36,148 nucleotides of DNA, from assembly GCA_049512315.1 (NCBI GenBank), contig JBEKXF010000031.1, positions 1 to 36,148 on the forward strand. Direction: 5' to 3'. Source of the DNA: Candidatus Aminicenantales bacterium. Its GTDB lineage: Bacteria > Acidobacteriota > Aminicenantia > Aminicenantales > Saccharicenantaceae. The translations under genes and the position numbers were made by a program. Positions 36,027-36,148 of the stretch are shown piece by piece. Every line of letters starts with the position of its first letter. Positions within the stretch are counted from its first letter, which is position 1. The notes under the pieces were generated by a model. That model saw only the letters and a list, made by a program, of their open reading frames with translations. It searched no databases and had not been told where the DNA came from.

Positions 36027-36148
36027 TGACCTGCCCCCCTCAAAGGGATCCAGCCCGTGTGCTAAGATTCTGCTGGATCGAGGGAGGTGGACATGGCCAG
36101 GAAACGGTTTAATCCGGAGCAGATCATCACCCTGCTCCGGGAGGCGGA
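36027..36148 (+). mobile_element. Left end of an IS3-family (IS407 group-like) element with the orfA start
   Basis: TGACCTGCCCCCC terminal repeat; GGAGGT SD; ATG 36093 begins MARKRFNPEQIITLLREA. Confidence 0.85.

Noticed and set aside
1..36148. Whole window as a composite transposon or prophage
   Set aside because: The two IS ends belong to different families, there are no phage or conjugation genes, and most genes share host-like codon usage.

Overview
GC-rich bacterial chromosomal window. The gene content (GWxTD protein, Oar-like TonB-dependent receptor, kinase-TPR, sulfatase-TPR) suggests Acidobacteriota, possibly Aminicenantia; this is inference only. Both edges fall inside insertion-sequence ends: an IS1202/ISNCY-like left end at 1-119 and an IS3-family left end from 36027. 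From left to right the window holds: an ACT protein; a minus-strand envelope cluster (TonB-dependent receptor, TPR protein, Thr-motif sulfatase-like-TPR protein, GWxTD-TPR protein) behind a consensus sigma54 promoter with a tandem enhancer-like site; an M64 peptidase, Asp/Glu racemase, sugar-kinase-like phosphotransferase and TolB-like propeller; an Mpv17/PMP22-like protein; perR-catalase; a Ser/Thr kinase-TPR with a small DP-motif protein; a serine hydrolase; a tandem glycoside-hydrolase fusion; a dense toxin-antitoxin region (hicAB, a vapC remnant not in the ORF track, phd-vapC, RHH-vapC) around a C69 dipeptidase; a transglutaminase-like protein, GH97, DUF3024, an AAA_14/DUF4143 ATPase, a truncated HNH gene and an IS-interrupted SAM methyltransferase missing from the ORF track. 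The least explained signal is non-coding: two families of REP/MITE-like repeats. One has the modular layout hairpin - A/T tract - IHF-like site - terminal TGGTCCGACCCC. Its copies sit at gene 3' ends, one supplies a stop codon, and they coincide with truncation or duplication junctions. All family assignments come from motif recognition by eye; no searches were run.
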